Origin: a virus
Taxonomy: Duplodnaviria; Heunggongvirae; Uroviricota; Caudoviricetes
Virus record (IMG/VR): IMGVR_UViG_3300044673_000278
Location: 1-64,000 of that record
Direction: 5' to 3' (one strand)
DNA length: 64,000 bases
Shown piece by piece: positions 8,357-16,796 of this stretch. The notes beneath the pieces are model-generated. The model was not told the DNA's origin. It saw only the letters and a list, made by a program, of their open reading frames with translations, and made no database searches. Position 1 is the first letter of the stretch. The number at the start of each line of letters is the position of its first letter. A program made the position numbers and the translations under genes.

Positions 8357-9057
8357 GCCAACTCGATGTCGCCCAGCATGTAATATGCCCAGCCACGATG
8401 ATGGCCCTGGTGATATTTGCCATGTGCCCAGGCGTTGAGTTCTCTGGGCTGTTCTAGTAGATTCACTACCAGCCTGTGATAAGGATTGTCTGCTTTGATG
8501 GTAAGCATGTAAGGTGCTGTGCTGCCTTCTCGTGTCATCCACAGTTGAGTGTAATCGCCTGACCGGCGACTGCGATATATGCGTTCGATCACTGTGAATC
8601 GGCCTTGCACACGCTCAGTGGGTTCTCGTCGAGTCACAGATTGTGTTTGCTCTACCACACGATCCAGTGCCAGATCTTCTTCATAGAAGTAAGGCAGTCT
8701 GTACAGCAAACCAATGTCGCTTTTGTTTAGGCTCAGCGAGTTGGTGACCACGCCATACAACTTGCGCCGAAAGGTACTGATATTGTTGTTGCTCAACATA
8801 GTCAACATGATACGATCAGCATAGTACTTACGAAGTTCTACACTGACCCGCCGATCCCCTTCAGTGACCGGGACGGTTTCAAGATCAGCCCAACGATCAC
8901 CGGTGCGATTGGCTTCCTTCCAACGTCGATGCACAGCAATGGCCATGGCCACTGGATCGTCTTTGAACACCACTGGTTCTTCAGACTTGAGTTCTAGGCG
9001 CTCAAGGTCTTGTTTCCAATCGTCGATTTTTTCCAGCAAGACATTTACAGAATTCAT
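8353..9057 (-). CDS. hypothetical protein
   Basis: About 234 aa ORF in operon. Confidence 0.65.
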   Translation of the reverse strand: MNSVNVLLEKIDDWKQDLERLELKSEEPVVFKDDPVAMAIAVHRRWKEANRTGDRWADLETVPVTEGDRRVSVELRKYYADRIMLTMLSNNNISTFRRKLYGVVTNSLSLNKSDIGLLYRLPYFYEEDLALDRVVEQTQSVTRREPTERVQGRFTVIERIYRSRRSGDYTQLWMTREGSTAPYMLTIKADNPYHRLVVNLLEQPRELNAWAHGKYHQGHHRGWAYYMLGDIELA

Positions 9058-9059
9058 AG

Positions 9060-9797
9060 TCAGTCCCACAGTGCTTGATAGTATTTGCCAAACAGTCGGA
9101 AGCCGTTTTGGATTCGCTTTTCTACCACCTGCATGCCTTCGTAATCACATTCGTAAGTGTCGTTGGGGCCGCGATCCATACGATAATGTGTGTGCTCACC
9201 TTTGGGTACCACATTGCCATTGATATCAACTGGCACAGACACAAAATCAATTTCGCCAGAACGGAACTCATCTTCCCACGAATCATCTGCTTTGTGTTCA
9301 AACGCAAAGATCATTTCGTCCATGACCCAATCCCATCGAGCATGATGATTGTCATCAGTATCCCAGTCATTTTGTTTGGGAGGAGCAGCAGTGCTACGCA
9401 AGTGTTCGGGCACATCCTCGTCATCCACAAACGGTGAGCCGTGCTTGGTTGCCTTGAGTTGCTTCAACATAGGCAAGATAATAGGAGTCAAGGTATAATC
9501 CATGCTCCAGCTATCCCAGCGATCGATTTTGATATACTTGATTTCAGGATGCACACGATCCAACACCCATTGAATTGCTCGGCTGATGGGTGTCAAGTAA
9601 TCTGATGCTTTTTCCACCCACTCAGGACGTTCTACATACTGGCGCTTTTCTCCGCGTCGGGCTCGTGCCTCGTCCTCAAGACTTTGCTCAAGAGTCCAGC
9701 GGCTGCACTTTGACCACTCGGTCCAGAAGAATAGGTAGTCCAACATGGTATATGGACTGATCCAGTGATCACGGGGCTTGCTGAGATATACTTTCAT
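9060..9797 (-). CDS. conserved large-phage hypothetical protein
   Basis: DSWSMDYTL...HGSP...GFRLFGKYYQALWD. Confidence 0.75.
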   Translation of the reverse strand: MKVYLSKPRDHWISPYTMLDYLFFWTEWSKCSRWTLEQSLEDEARARRGEKRQYVERPEWVEKASDYLTPISRAIQWVLDRVHPEIKYIKIDRWDSWSMDYTLTPIILPMLKQLKATKHGSPFVDDEDVPEHLRSTAAPPKQNDWDTDDNHHARWDWVMDEMIFAFEHKADDSWEDEFRSGEIDFVSVPVDINGNVVPKGEHTHYRMDRGPNDTYECDYEGMQVVEKRIQNGFRLFGKYYQALWD

Positions 9798-10039
9798 TGT
9801 TCGACTCCGAAATGTTCTCTAATCTTTTGATACAGAGCATGTTGGTTGTATCCGTAACCATCGTGCCTGATAGTTTCTTTGCTCAACACTTGACAACATT
9901 CTTCTACGATCAACTCAGCGAACTTGGCCACATCCAGTTTTTCTGTGGGTTCAACTAACCCTTTGTCAAGAGCATAGTCCCCTGCTTGATCAGCAGAAAC
10001 AGCACTTTGCCTAATCAGTTCATAAATTCGTTCGTTCAT
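9794..10039 (-). CDS. MNERI...FAELIV.EC...HFGVE family protein
   Basis: Shared motifs with 16557, 26976, 27227 genes. Confidence 0.7.
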   Translation of the reverse strand: MNERIYELIRQSAVSADQAGDYALDKGLVEPTEKLDVAKFAELIVEECCQVLSKETIRHDGYGYNQHALYQKIREHFGVEQ

Positions 10040-10233
10040 TACCAGGCATTCACATCAGTTATGTTTTCACTAAAATCACGCTCAACTCGGTTGGTGTGAT
10101 ACACTGCCCAATGATCGGCTCCAAGGCCAGTTTCATTGGTTTCTTGTATTGTAACACGTTCTACATTTTGTTGTAAAGCCAAAAACACAGCAAGACGCTC
10201 AATTTGGTGTCGGGTCAGTGTAACTTTGTTCAT
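10039..10233 (-). CDS. hypothetical protein
   Basis: 64 aa, overlapping neighbours. Confidence 0.55.
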   Translation of the reverse strand: MNKVTLTRHQIERLAVFLALQQNVERVTIQETNETGLGADHWAVYHTNRVERDFSENITDVNAW

Positions 10234-10466
10234 TTTGAAGGCGTCATGCTTTCGGTTGTGTAGTCCAAAAAGTCCCCAGCATCGTTGCGTATTAAGGCAG
10301 CCGATGCATCAATGATCACAATCTCACAGTCATGGTGGGTGATTTCATAGTCCACAAAATCACCCGAACCGTCCTGTGCATAGATCCTAAACCATACTTC
10401 GTCGTTGATGCCACGAATCAAGAATCCCCGTGATCCAATGGCGTTGGTTTCTGTCGTATTTCCCAT
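10230..10466 (-). CDS. hypothetical protein
   Basis: Start after GAGGAG; FRIY...FVDYEITHHD. Confidence 0.55.
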   Translation of the reverse strand: MGNTTETNAIGSRGFLIRGINDEVWFRIYAQDGSGDFVDYEITHHDCEIVIIDASAALIRNDAGDFLDYTTESMTPSK

Positions 10467-10627
10467 GTTCCGTCTCCTCGGTCTACCCATTCCAAATTGT
10501 CACCGGGCTTCCAGCCTACTTCGTCTAACAGTTCTTGCGGGAATGGCAACACCAACTCACCATTCTCGTCCTCTTGCACAGTTTCAATCCAGTACTTTTT
10601 TACACTTCCACTGTTTGTAGAGTCCAT
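10418..10627 (-). CDS. AbrB/MazE/SpoVT-like DNA-binding protein
   Basis: GELVLPFPQELLDEVGWKPGDNLEW. Confidence 0.75.
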   Translation of the reverse strand: MDSTNSGSVKKYWIETVQEDENGELVLPFPQELLDEVGWKPGDNLEWVDRGDGTWEIRQKPTPLDHGDS

Positions 10628-11490
10628 GTGTCCGCCTGTGTTTCATAGTTGATGTACCCACGTGGGTTGCACACAATTCTGGTTGAACCAATACAGTAAT
10701 CAAAATTGTGATGTGTGTGCCCGTGTGTCCATAGTTTGATCTGGGGATGATCCAAAATAAACTCATTCAAGTCTGAGCTGTAGCCACCATTCATGATAGT
10801 GTCGTTGGCATACTGTGAGTGGATACTCAGCGGGCTGGGGGCATGGTGTCCTACTACCACAAACTTCTGATCTGCCTTGCCTTCCACAATCTGCTGAATG
10901 TAGCCTTTCATTTTGATGTGTTCTTCGAACGCATCTTCGGGGCTAAATTTAGCAGTACGAGTCTTGAAGATTGGCCGCTCGCGATTGTCTACACCATTGA
11001 TCTGCTCATAGGCTTTGTAGTTTACAACACGGTTGGAGTTTTCCACAACACGGAAATCGTTCATCATTGTACGCATGTGATACAGGGTGAGTTGATCACC
11101 ATTGTTCATGTCGGTCCACAGAGTTCCGCCAATGAACGTCACATCATCAATGATCTTGACTTCACGCTCCAGCAAATACACATTGCTCAAGCAGTTGTAA
11201 TTCAGCATGTCCTGAATTTTGTTTTTGGTAGTGGCAAAGTCGCCGTGATAGTGTTCGTGGTTGCCCAGCACATAGATCACATGCGGAAACTGAAAACTGC
11301 AACGTTTAAAGAAGTCTACAATGCGATTGCTACGAGCATCATCAAGAAAATTGTGGGGGTCCGGGCGGCCGAGGTCAGCAGCCACACAGATGTCCCCGGA
11401 TAGAATCAGCACATCTGCTGAGTCAGTGTTTTGAATGTTGATATCGCCGAATTCAAGATGTAGATCCGACGCTACGGCTATTTTCATCAA
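10600..11490 (-). CDS. calcineurin-like metallophosphoesterase
   Basis: SDLH, GD, GNHE, HH, GHTH, NPRGY motifs. Confidence 0.9.
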   Translation of the reverse strand: MMKIAVASDLHLEFGDINIQNTDSADVLILSGDICVAADLGRPDPHNFLDDARSNRIVDFFKRCSFQFPHVIYVLGNHEHYHGDFATTKNKIQDMLNYNCLSNVYLLEREVKIIDDVTFIGGTLWTDMNNGDQLTLYHMRTMMNDFRVVENSNRVVNYKAYEQINGVDNRERPIFKTRTAKFSPEDAFEEHIKMKGYIQQIVEGKADQKFVVVGHHAPSPLSIHSQYANDTIMNGGYSSDLNEFILDHPQIKLWTHGHTHHNFDYCIGSTRIVCNPRGYINYETQADTWTLQTVEV

Positions 11491-11815
11491 AGTCCTTGAG
11501 TTGTTGTTTTAGTTGCTCCATTGCTGTGGCGTTGCCTTTGACAATGGTAATGGTGCGATTGGGGAATCGCTGGCGCAGATTGTCGCGCAGGTCCGTTAAG
11601 TTGTTGCCCTGGGCAACAAACGATCCATCATCGCTATTGTACAGGAAAAAGATATTTTGTTCAAACTCTACATCCACACGCAGTTGGTTGTCTGCTTCGG
11701 GTTCTTTTTCGTTTTCAATTTGATCGAGGATTTTGGTAATGGCTTGTTGAGCCATCCAGCGAATCAGCAGTGTGGCAATCAGCATGCCCAGCACAAGTCC
11801 AATGATGAATTCCAT
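11453..11815 (-). CDS. membrane-anchored hypothetical protein
   Basis: N-terminal TM helix; FVAQG motif. Confidence 0.6.
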   Translation of the reverse strand: MEFIIGLVLGMLIATLLIRWMAQQAITKILDQIENEKEPEADNQLRVDVEFEQNIFFLYNSDDGSFVAQGNNLTDLRDNLRQRFPNRTITIVKGNATAMEQLKQQLKDFDENSRSVGSTS

Positions 11816-11816
11816 G

Positions 11817-12107
11817 TTAACCTCGCATGCTTTCCATAGTGATAATCTTGCCCAGTTCGCGTTCGAAATCTTGTTCGTCTGTGATAATGTACACTGCTCT
11901 GCTTTCGCGATCTGTTCGTCGATCGTAGTGATTGAAACTCACGATGCGACCGCCATTGGCCTTGAACACACGCATATTTAAGCCGCCGTCAGCATCAAAG
12001 CTGTCATTGACCCGAACTTTCGAGGAACTGATAGCCATATCAGACTCCCTTGGTTCATTGCCAATTTCTTTCATCTTACGCCACACATAACGCCAAATAA
12101 ACTTCAT
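11817..12107 (-). CDS. hypothetical protein
   Basis: ATGA overlap; ANGGRIV motif. Confidence 0.6.
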   Translation of the reverse strand: MKFIWRYVWRKMKEIGNEPRESDMAISSSKVRVNDSFDADGGLNMRVFKANGGRIVSFNHYDRRTDRESRAVYIITDEQDFERELGKIITMESMRG

Positions 12108-12568
12108 ACTTTTGCCTTTCGTTGATTCAAATATTCTTGCCACTGGATCCAGCGACCTTTGCTGAGGAAACCCCATTCACGTTGTTTGACACCGGGCATG
12201 AACAATGTCCAACAATCCACATCGGGATCTAGTTCAATTCTGTGAAAGCTCCGGGCACTGCACCAACGGAAATGTCCCGGAGCACGCCATTTGGCGATCT
12301 CGCCTGTTCGCTGTCCTTGAGAGTTGAACTGCGGTACCCACTCCCAATAACCACCCTTTAAGATAATGGTAAAGTAGGGCCATGGATGATCATGCACATC
12401 ATCGGGATCACTGCACAGGAAGTGGTGCAGGAAAATGTTGAACGGAAAGTTGTCGCGGTCCTTCAAAAACAGGTAGTAGCGTTCCAGGTACGGACGGTCT
12501 TCCACACGGTCCATCACAATACGCTTGCGACCCCAACGCTCCAGCAGCTTGAGAAATTTGTTGAACAT
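12104..12568 (-). CDS. cupin-fold protein
   Basis: HDHPW...GGYWE...FHRIEL...WGF. Confidence 0.75.
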   Translation of the reverse strand: MFNKFLKLLERWGRKRIVMDRVEDRPYLERYYLFLKDRDNFPFNIFLHHFLCSDPDDVHDHPWPYFTIILKGGYWEWVPQFNSQGQRTGEIAKWRAPGHFRWCSARSFHRIELDPDVDCWTLFMPGVKQREWGFLSKGRWIQWQEYLNQRKAKV

Positions 12569-12588
12569 AATTGCTCCTTTGCAGAACA

Positions 12589-12617
12589 ATTATACTACAT
12601 CGCGAATTATTGGTCAA
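12589..12617 (-). promoter_or_regulatory. sigma70-type promoter
   Basis: TTGACC-17-TATAAT. Confidence 0.85.
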
Positions 12618-12618
12618 T

Positions 12619-12646
12619 AAAAAACCCGCCTAAGTAGCGGGTTTTT
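12619..12646. terminator. rho-independent terminator
   Basis: AAAAACCCGC-7nt-GCGGGTTTTT. Confidence 0.8.
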
Positions 12647-12665
12647 CACGTCCTACCAGGTCTGA

Positions 12666-12935
12666 TTAGTCGACCAAACCCAGGGCCATGGCCTTGTAAC
12701 CAGCAGCGATCAGCTTGCGGCTGGGCTTGCCCATTTGGTACTCGGTGACCTTGACGCCATTTCCAGCAACACGCTGGTTGGCATAAACTGCAAAGCCGTT
12801 TTGACGGATACGGCTAACTTCGGCGCTCATGTTCTTGATGCCGAAACGCTTGGCAGCAGCGGCGGGGGTAATTGCTTCGCCGGTACGCAGAGCGCTGAAC
12901 AGTTTGAAAGTCTTAGTGTCTTCATTGAAACGCAT
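12666..12935 (-). CDS. winged helix-turn-helix DNA-binding protein
   Basis: GEAITPAAAAKRFGIKNMSAEVSRIRQNG...YQMGKPSR. Confidence 0.7.
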   Translation of the reverse strand: MRFNEDTKTFKLFSALRTGEAITPAAAAKRFGIKNMSAEVSRIRQNGFAVYANQRVAGNGVKVTEYQMGKPSRKLIAAGYKAMALGLVD

Positions 12936-13072
12936 TTGATAATCTCCTATGTAAGATGCTGTTGCGTCAGCATAGAGTTATTGTAGCAAATAGTGTTGGT
13001 TGGGTGCAATACAAAAAGGCAAGAAATTTTGGCAAAGTTCGCCATTTGTCACAGAATTTTAATATACGCAGA

Positions 13073-13080
13073 TATAAATA
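13073..13080 (+). promoter_or_regulatory. T4-type late promoter
   Basis: Exact TATAAATA upstream of AGGAG and ATG 13104. Confidence 0.65.
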
Positions 13081-13103
13081 AGGTTGCAATAGGAGAGCGT
13101 AAC

Positions 13104-13535
13104 ATGTTGCAAGCATACACCACCATTACCAACGAATTAGAAACCCTGATCAAGGACGATCCTGTGCGTCCTGAGATTCCTGTTGACCGCAGAGTCAATG
13201 CCAACAGTCGCATTTATGTGCTCAAAGAAGGTGAACAAACGCAGGCCGTGACTTGCGTGAAGTTTTTGAACTCGGTGCCCTCGGCTGTGGATGAATTGGT
13301 GGACACAGTGGAATCGGCTACCACTGCGGTATTCTATACCATTTGGAGTTATGCTGCCGGTGCTGGACGTACCTTGATTCAAGAAGCCCAAAAAAGCATT
13401 GAAGCAGAATTTCCAGGGATCAACACCTATGTTACGCTGAGCCCAAAAACCGAAATGGCTCGTCGATTCCATTTGAAAAATGGTGCTGGTATCTACAGAG
13501 AAAACTCTGACACTGTGAACTACATCTATCGCTAA
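13104..13535 (+). CDS. minimal malonyl-CoA decarboxylase-like (GNAT-fold) protein
   Basis: AVFYTI, EFP, VTLSP, FHLKNGA, VNYIY match MCD catalytic-domain motifs. Confidence 0.6.
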   Translation: MLQAYTTITNELETLIKDDPVRPEIPVDRRVNANSRIYVLKEGEQTQAVTCVKFLNSVPSAVDELVDTVESATTAVFYTIWSYAAGAGRTLIQEAQKSIEAEFPGINTYVTLSPKTEMARRFHLKNGAGIYRENSDTVNYIYR

Positions 13536-13741
13536 CACCAACGCAGTGTGAACATCACAGCATGTTCATGCTGACGAAAAAGCCAAGTGGTTCTGGTTCT
13601 GCCGTCAATGACATACTCAGCGGGATCTATGCCCAGTTTATACCAGTCACGATCAAACTCGCCAATGGTGGCTTCGCACCATAACTGCACTGAATACCAG
13701 TCTGGATTTTCTATGGTGATGCGATAAGGCCAGTCGTTCAT
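13532..13741 (-). CDS. FxL(K/R)W-tail family protein (last of array)
   Basis: MNDWPY...QLWC...WLFRQHEHAVMFTLRWC. Confidence 0.75.
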   Translation of the reverse strand: MNDWPYRITIENPDWYSVQLWCEATIGEFDRDWYKLGIDPAEYVIDGRTRTTWLFRQHEHAVMFTLRWC

Positions 13742-13968
13742 GCCCATTTCAATGCACATGCCACAGCATGCCTTTCTTCTTCGAACCAAATGTCCAATCG
13801 CTCGGTGGCTGACAGATAGCGTATATAAAATTTGTCCTTGTTCCACTCTACCAGTTCTAAGATCCAATCCCTAATATCTGCCACTTCATCTAGACGAGAT
13901 TTAATATTCCAAAGGCCTTTGCTCTTTAGAGTTACAAACACGCGATGATTGAGATTGTCGTTGATCAT
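13738..13968 (-). CDS. FxL(K/R)W-tail family protein
   Basis: MINDNL...IWFEEERHAVACALKWA. Confidence 0.75.
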   Translation of the reverse strand: MINDNLNHRVFVTLKSKGLWNIKSRLDEVADIRDWILELVEWNKDKFYIRYLSATERLDIWFEEERHAVACALKWA

Positions 13969-14216
13969 GACCACCTCAACACGAACCAATCACGGTCAGC
14001 AGGGTCTTTGAACCAGAATTTGGCACTGTTGACATACCACCGAGCCGCAGGCGTCCACACGCCATCTTCGGGAGTGGGCCCAAATGTGCTCACACACCAG
14101 GCCAACATTTCGTCCCAATCTTTTCTGAACCACGTGGGTGCAGGTGCAAAAAACAAAGGACGCACTGTCCAATACTGTTGTCCATACACCACACCTTCGC
14201 TGAGTTCGAGTTTCAT
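13965..14216 (-). CDS. FxL(K/R)W-tail family protein
   Basis: MKLELS...AWC...FWFKDPADRDWFVLRWS. Confidence 0.75.
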   Translation of the reverse strand: MKLELSEGVVYGQQYWTVRPLFFAPAPTWFRKDWDEMLAWCVSTFGPTPEDGVWTPAARWYVNSAKFWFKDPADRDWFVLRWS

Positions 14217-14464
14217 GTCCATTTCAAACACAGCATGGTATAGGTTGGTTCATCGACATCAAAGATGCGGCCGTATCGTTCTTCGCCGCCACCGTACTCG
14301 TGCCACTGATCCCGGGGCTGACTTCTTAACCAAGCAGCAATATCTGTGCGGTAAGTGCGAATCACGTACCAAGGCTGATCGTCCACAGTGCCAGTGTTGA
14401 CCAATTCAAATGGTGGCAGATGATTAGCATTGACCCAACCGCCAGGAACAGAAACCAGTTTCAT
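14213..14464 (-). CDS. FxL(K/R)W-tail family protein
   Basis: MKLVSV...AWL...YTMLCLKWT. Confidence 0.75.
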   Translation of the reverse strand: MKLVSVPGGWVNANHLPPFELVNTGTVDDQPWYVIRTYRTDIAAWLRSQPRDQWHEYGGGEERYGRIFDVDEPTYTMLCLKWT

Positions 14465-14673
14465 ACCCACTTTAGTTTGCACAGCGTAATCATTTCTTCT
14501 GTGGTGTACAACACTGCACCAGGTGTGGTACGCCAACACAGTCCCCTCACATGTTGTTTGGCCCAGGCAACAATTTGTTCAGCAGTGCCAACTTCGCAAC
14601 AAAACTCTACCCGATAGTTGTACGGGTATTTGGGCGTTGGTTTATACATCAATTGTTGGACTTGGATCTTCAT
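14461..14673 (-). CDS. FxL(K/R)W-tail family protein
   Basis: MKIQVQ...AWA...TLCKLKWV. Confidence 0.75.
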   Translation of the reverse strand: MKIQVQQLMYKPTPKYPYNYRVEFCCEVGTAEQIVAWAKQHVRGLCWRTTPGAVLYTTEEMITLCKLKWV

Positions 14674-14864
14674 GACCATTTCAATGCAAATAACACGGCA
14701 TCTGCCTCGTTGTGAAACCAAAAGGTGCGAAAAGTATCCCAGGCCCAACGGGTTCCGTTGGGTTCCGGTGGTCCGAAGTTTTGCACACACCACTTCCAAA
14801 CAGGATTAAGTCCGTCTGGACTGTATGTTTGGCGTGCTTTCTTGCTGACTTTGATTTCAATCAT
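14670..14864 (-). CDS. FxL(K/R)W-tail family protein
   Basis: MIEIKV...KWC...FWFHNEADAVLFALKWS. Confidence 0.75.
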   Translation of the reverse strand: MIEIKVSKKARQTYSPDGLNPVWKWCVQNFGPPEPNGTRWAWDTFRTFWFHNEADAVLFALKWS

Positions 14865-15085
14865 AACCACTTCAACTTAAACATCACAGCATCTTGCTCG
14901 CGAGCAAAATGATACTCAAGATAATCTGTGTAGTGATCCACATGCCACGGTTGTTGTTCTGTGACACTATCCCTAAACCTAGCATGAACTCCGACATTGG
15001 TCAACAACCACTTGTTGATAGGACTTTCGTCAATCCATCGGTTGCGTTGTTGTGGATGATACAGTCGAACGCTGGCCGCAATCAT
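14861..15085 (-). CDS. FxL(K/R)W-tail family protein
   Basis: MIAASV...KWL...FAREQDAVMFKLKWL. Confidence 0.75.
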   Translation of the reverse strand: MIAASVRLYHPQQRNRWIDESPINKWLLTNVGVHARFRDSVTEQQPWHVDHYTDYLEYHFAREQDAVMFKLKWL

Positions 15086-15369
15086 GACCACCTCAACTTC
15101 AAAAAAGCAGCCATTTCTGGCGGCACTACGAAAACACTTTCGAACCACAGATACCACGTGTACTTTTCTTTGGGAAAAGCTTCATTCATCCACGCAAACT
15201 CTTCGCCAATGACATCTACACAATAGTGCCCTTCGTATCCACTGGGCACTTCGTCTCTAAACGAATTAGGAAGTTTAAAAATGCTTGGTTTCGAGAGCCA
15301 ATCAGCATGTTGATCTAATTCTAAATCAGAGATAATAGTGCCAGGCATGGCTCGGAAATTTGCTTTCAT
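15082..15369 (-). CDS. FxL(K/R)W-tail family protein
   Basis: MKANFR...AWM...MAAFLKLRWS. Confidence 0.75.
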   Translation of the reverse strand: MKANFRAMPGTIISDLELDQHADWLSKPSIFKLPNSFRDEVPSGYEGHYCVDVIGEEFAWMNEAFPKEKYTWYLWFESVFVVPPEMAAFLKLRWS

Positions 15370-15578
15370 GACCACCTCAATGCGAACATCACAGCATCTC
15401 GATGTGAGCGAAAATGCCACACAGTTTCGGACCGATTGAACATACCGCCGCGATAGTCGTCCTCACAGTTTTGCCGGCACCACTCAAACCTCTGATCTTT
15501 ACCCCACACCCAGCCGCCCGAATGTGGCACTGTCACACGGTGCTGGAGATCTCGGCTGCGACTGTATTTTGCTGTCAT
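15366..15578 (-). CDS. FxL(K/R)W-tail family protein
   Basis: MTAKYS...EWC...WHFRSHRDAVMFALRWS. Confidence 0.75.
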   Translation of the reverse strand: MTAKYSRSRDLQHRVTVPHSGGWVWGKDQRFEWCRQNCEDDYRGGMFNRSETVWHFRSHRDAVMFALRWS

Positions 15579-15766
15579 AACCACTTCAATGCAAACCACG
15601 CAAAGTTTTTTTCTCTGACACTGAATCCATAGCCATGCGGACCGCTGTATTCGTGCAAGTATTTGATATCGTTTTTTGTCATCCAAGATATTATATCTAA
15701 AAATTCTTGGAATGTTTTTACAAAATAATGGTTATCAGGATAACCTCTAACTTGATAAACTTTCAT
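15575..15766 (-). CDS. FxL(K/R)W-tail family protein
   Basis: MKVYQV...SWM...FAWFALKWL. Confidence 0.75.
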   Translation of the reverse strand: MKVYQVRGYPDNHYFVKTFQEFLDIISWMTKNDIKYLHEYSGPHGYGFSVREKNFAWFALKWL

Positions 15767-16047
15767 GCCCACCTCAACATAAATGCAGTGCGGTCGCGCT
15801 CGTGCTTGAAGTAGATGGTTTCCCAGTTCCAAATCCAGTCGTTGCCAAAATGCTGTTCACACCACTCGGCAACCTCCTCAAACGGAGCCACACCGTTGTA
15901 TTGCCAGCTAGGAAAGCGGTCTTTGACATAGCAAATAACAGCCCAAGAATCGGCAGTCATACGGTGACCGTCACCAACAAAGTTCATCAACTTGTCTTGC
16001 AAAGTTGCATGAATCAAATCAATTTTGAGCGTGTCCCGAACTTTCAT
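15763..16047 (-). CDS. FxL(K/R)W-tail family protein
   Basis: MKVRDT...EWC...IYFKHERDRTAFMLRWA. Confidence 0.75.
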   Translation of the reverse strand: MKVRDTLKIDLIHATLQDKLMNFVGDGHRMTADSWAVICYVKDRFPSWQYNGVAPFEEVAEWCEQHFGNDWIWNWETIYFKHERDRTAFMLRWA

Positions 16048-16313
16048 GACCACCTCAAGCAGAACAGCAGATATTCTTTTTCGTCAGTGAAGTAGAATGT
16101 AGGATACTGATGGTGCCAGTTGGGCTCGTAGTAGCCGCCGTGGTAGAGGTTGTTGTAGCACCAGTCGGCCATGTCTTGCCACTGAGCTATTGGCACACTG
16201 TCAAACCGCCGAACGAATACTTGGGTCTTTGACGTGCTTACAGTCGCCACGGAATCGGAAGCCGGAACATGTGCATGATAGATTTCCACTGTGCTCTGTG
16301 ATTCGGTATTCAT
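16044..16313 (-). CDS. FxL(K/R)W-tail family protein (first of array; start uncertain, probably near 16200)
   Basis: DWC...FYFTDEKEYLLFCLRWS; track start overlaps the SWIM gene. Confidence 0.65.
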   Translation of the reverse strand: MNTESQSTVEIYHAHVPASDSVATVSTSKTQVFVRRFDSVPIAQWQDMADWCYNNLYHGGYYEPNWHHQYPTFYFTDEKEYLLFCLRWS

Positions 16314-16560
16314 CGCCTTTGCTGCCTTTCACAATCCAATAACGGCCTTCAGGTTCTGGTTCCTTGAGCTTGGTCTTAAACTGCACAGGGTTGACCACAA
16401 ACTTACGCCCACGAGTATCAATTTTGATGGGATTCTTAAATGTTTTGATCTCCCCACCAGCGGGACGAAACGCATACATCTTGGTCTTTGAATCATCCAG
16501 CAAGTAGATGCCGTTGGGCACACTGTCCTTGTAGTCAGTGGTTTCAGCAAACCATTTCAT
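16201..16560 (-). CDS. SWIM zinc-finger protein
   Basis: VKGSKGDEY...CTC.GF.FR..CKH. Confidence 0.8.
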   Translation of the reverse strand: MKWFAETTDYKDSVPNGIYLLDDSKTKMYAFRPAGGEIKTFKNPIKIDTRGRKFVVNPVQFKTKLKEPEPEGRYWIVKGSKGDEYRITEHSGNLSCTCSGFRFRGDCKHVKDPSIRSAV

Positions 16561-16796
16561 TCTTCTTCTAATCCAAAATGTTCTAGGATTTGACGTGGGA
16601 CTTCATAGTTACCGTCAGCATAGCGTTCACCAACATCGGCACATGCCCGAACAATCAACTCGGCGAACTTTAGGTCTCGGGCTTTTTGAATTGTAGCCTC
16701 CCATGTCAAGCCATTCTCTATACCACGAAAGAAGGGAATCTCTACAGCAATTGCCGAACATTGACTAGCAATTTCTTGAATTCGTTGTTCGTTCAT
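16557..16796 (-). CDS. MNERI...FAELIV...HFG family protein
   Basis: MNEQRIQEI...KFAELIVRAC...HFGLEEE. Confidence 0.7.
   Translation of the reverse strand: MNEQRIQEIASQCSAIAVEIPFFRGIENGLTWEATIQKARDLKFAELIVRACADVGERYADGNYEVPRQILEHFGLEEE

Larger units (their letters stand above)
13532..16313 (-). repeat. tandem array of 12 FxL(K/R)W-tail paralogous genes
   Basis: 11 consecutive ATGA overlaps with junction consensus TTGA(A/G)(A/G)TGGN(C/T)ATGA. Confidence 0.85.

Noticed and set aside
10230-10627. Toxin-antitoxin pair around the AbrB/MazE-like gene
   Set aside because: Neighbours show no recognisable toxin motifs
13532-16313. CRISPR array or integron cassette array
   Set aside because: Repeats are only 15 nt, degenerate, lie inside coding sequence and are 190-290 bp apart; there are no attC-like palindromes and no cas or intI gene in the window
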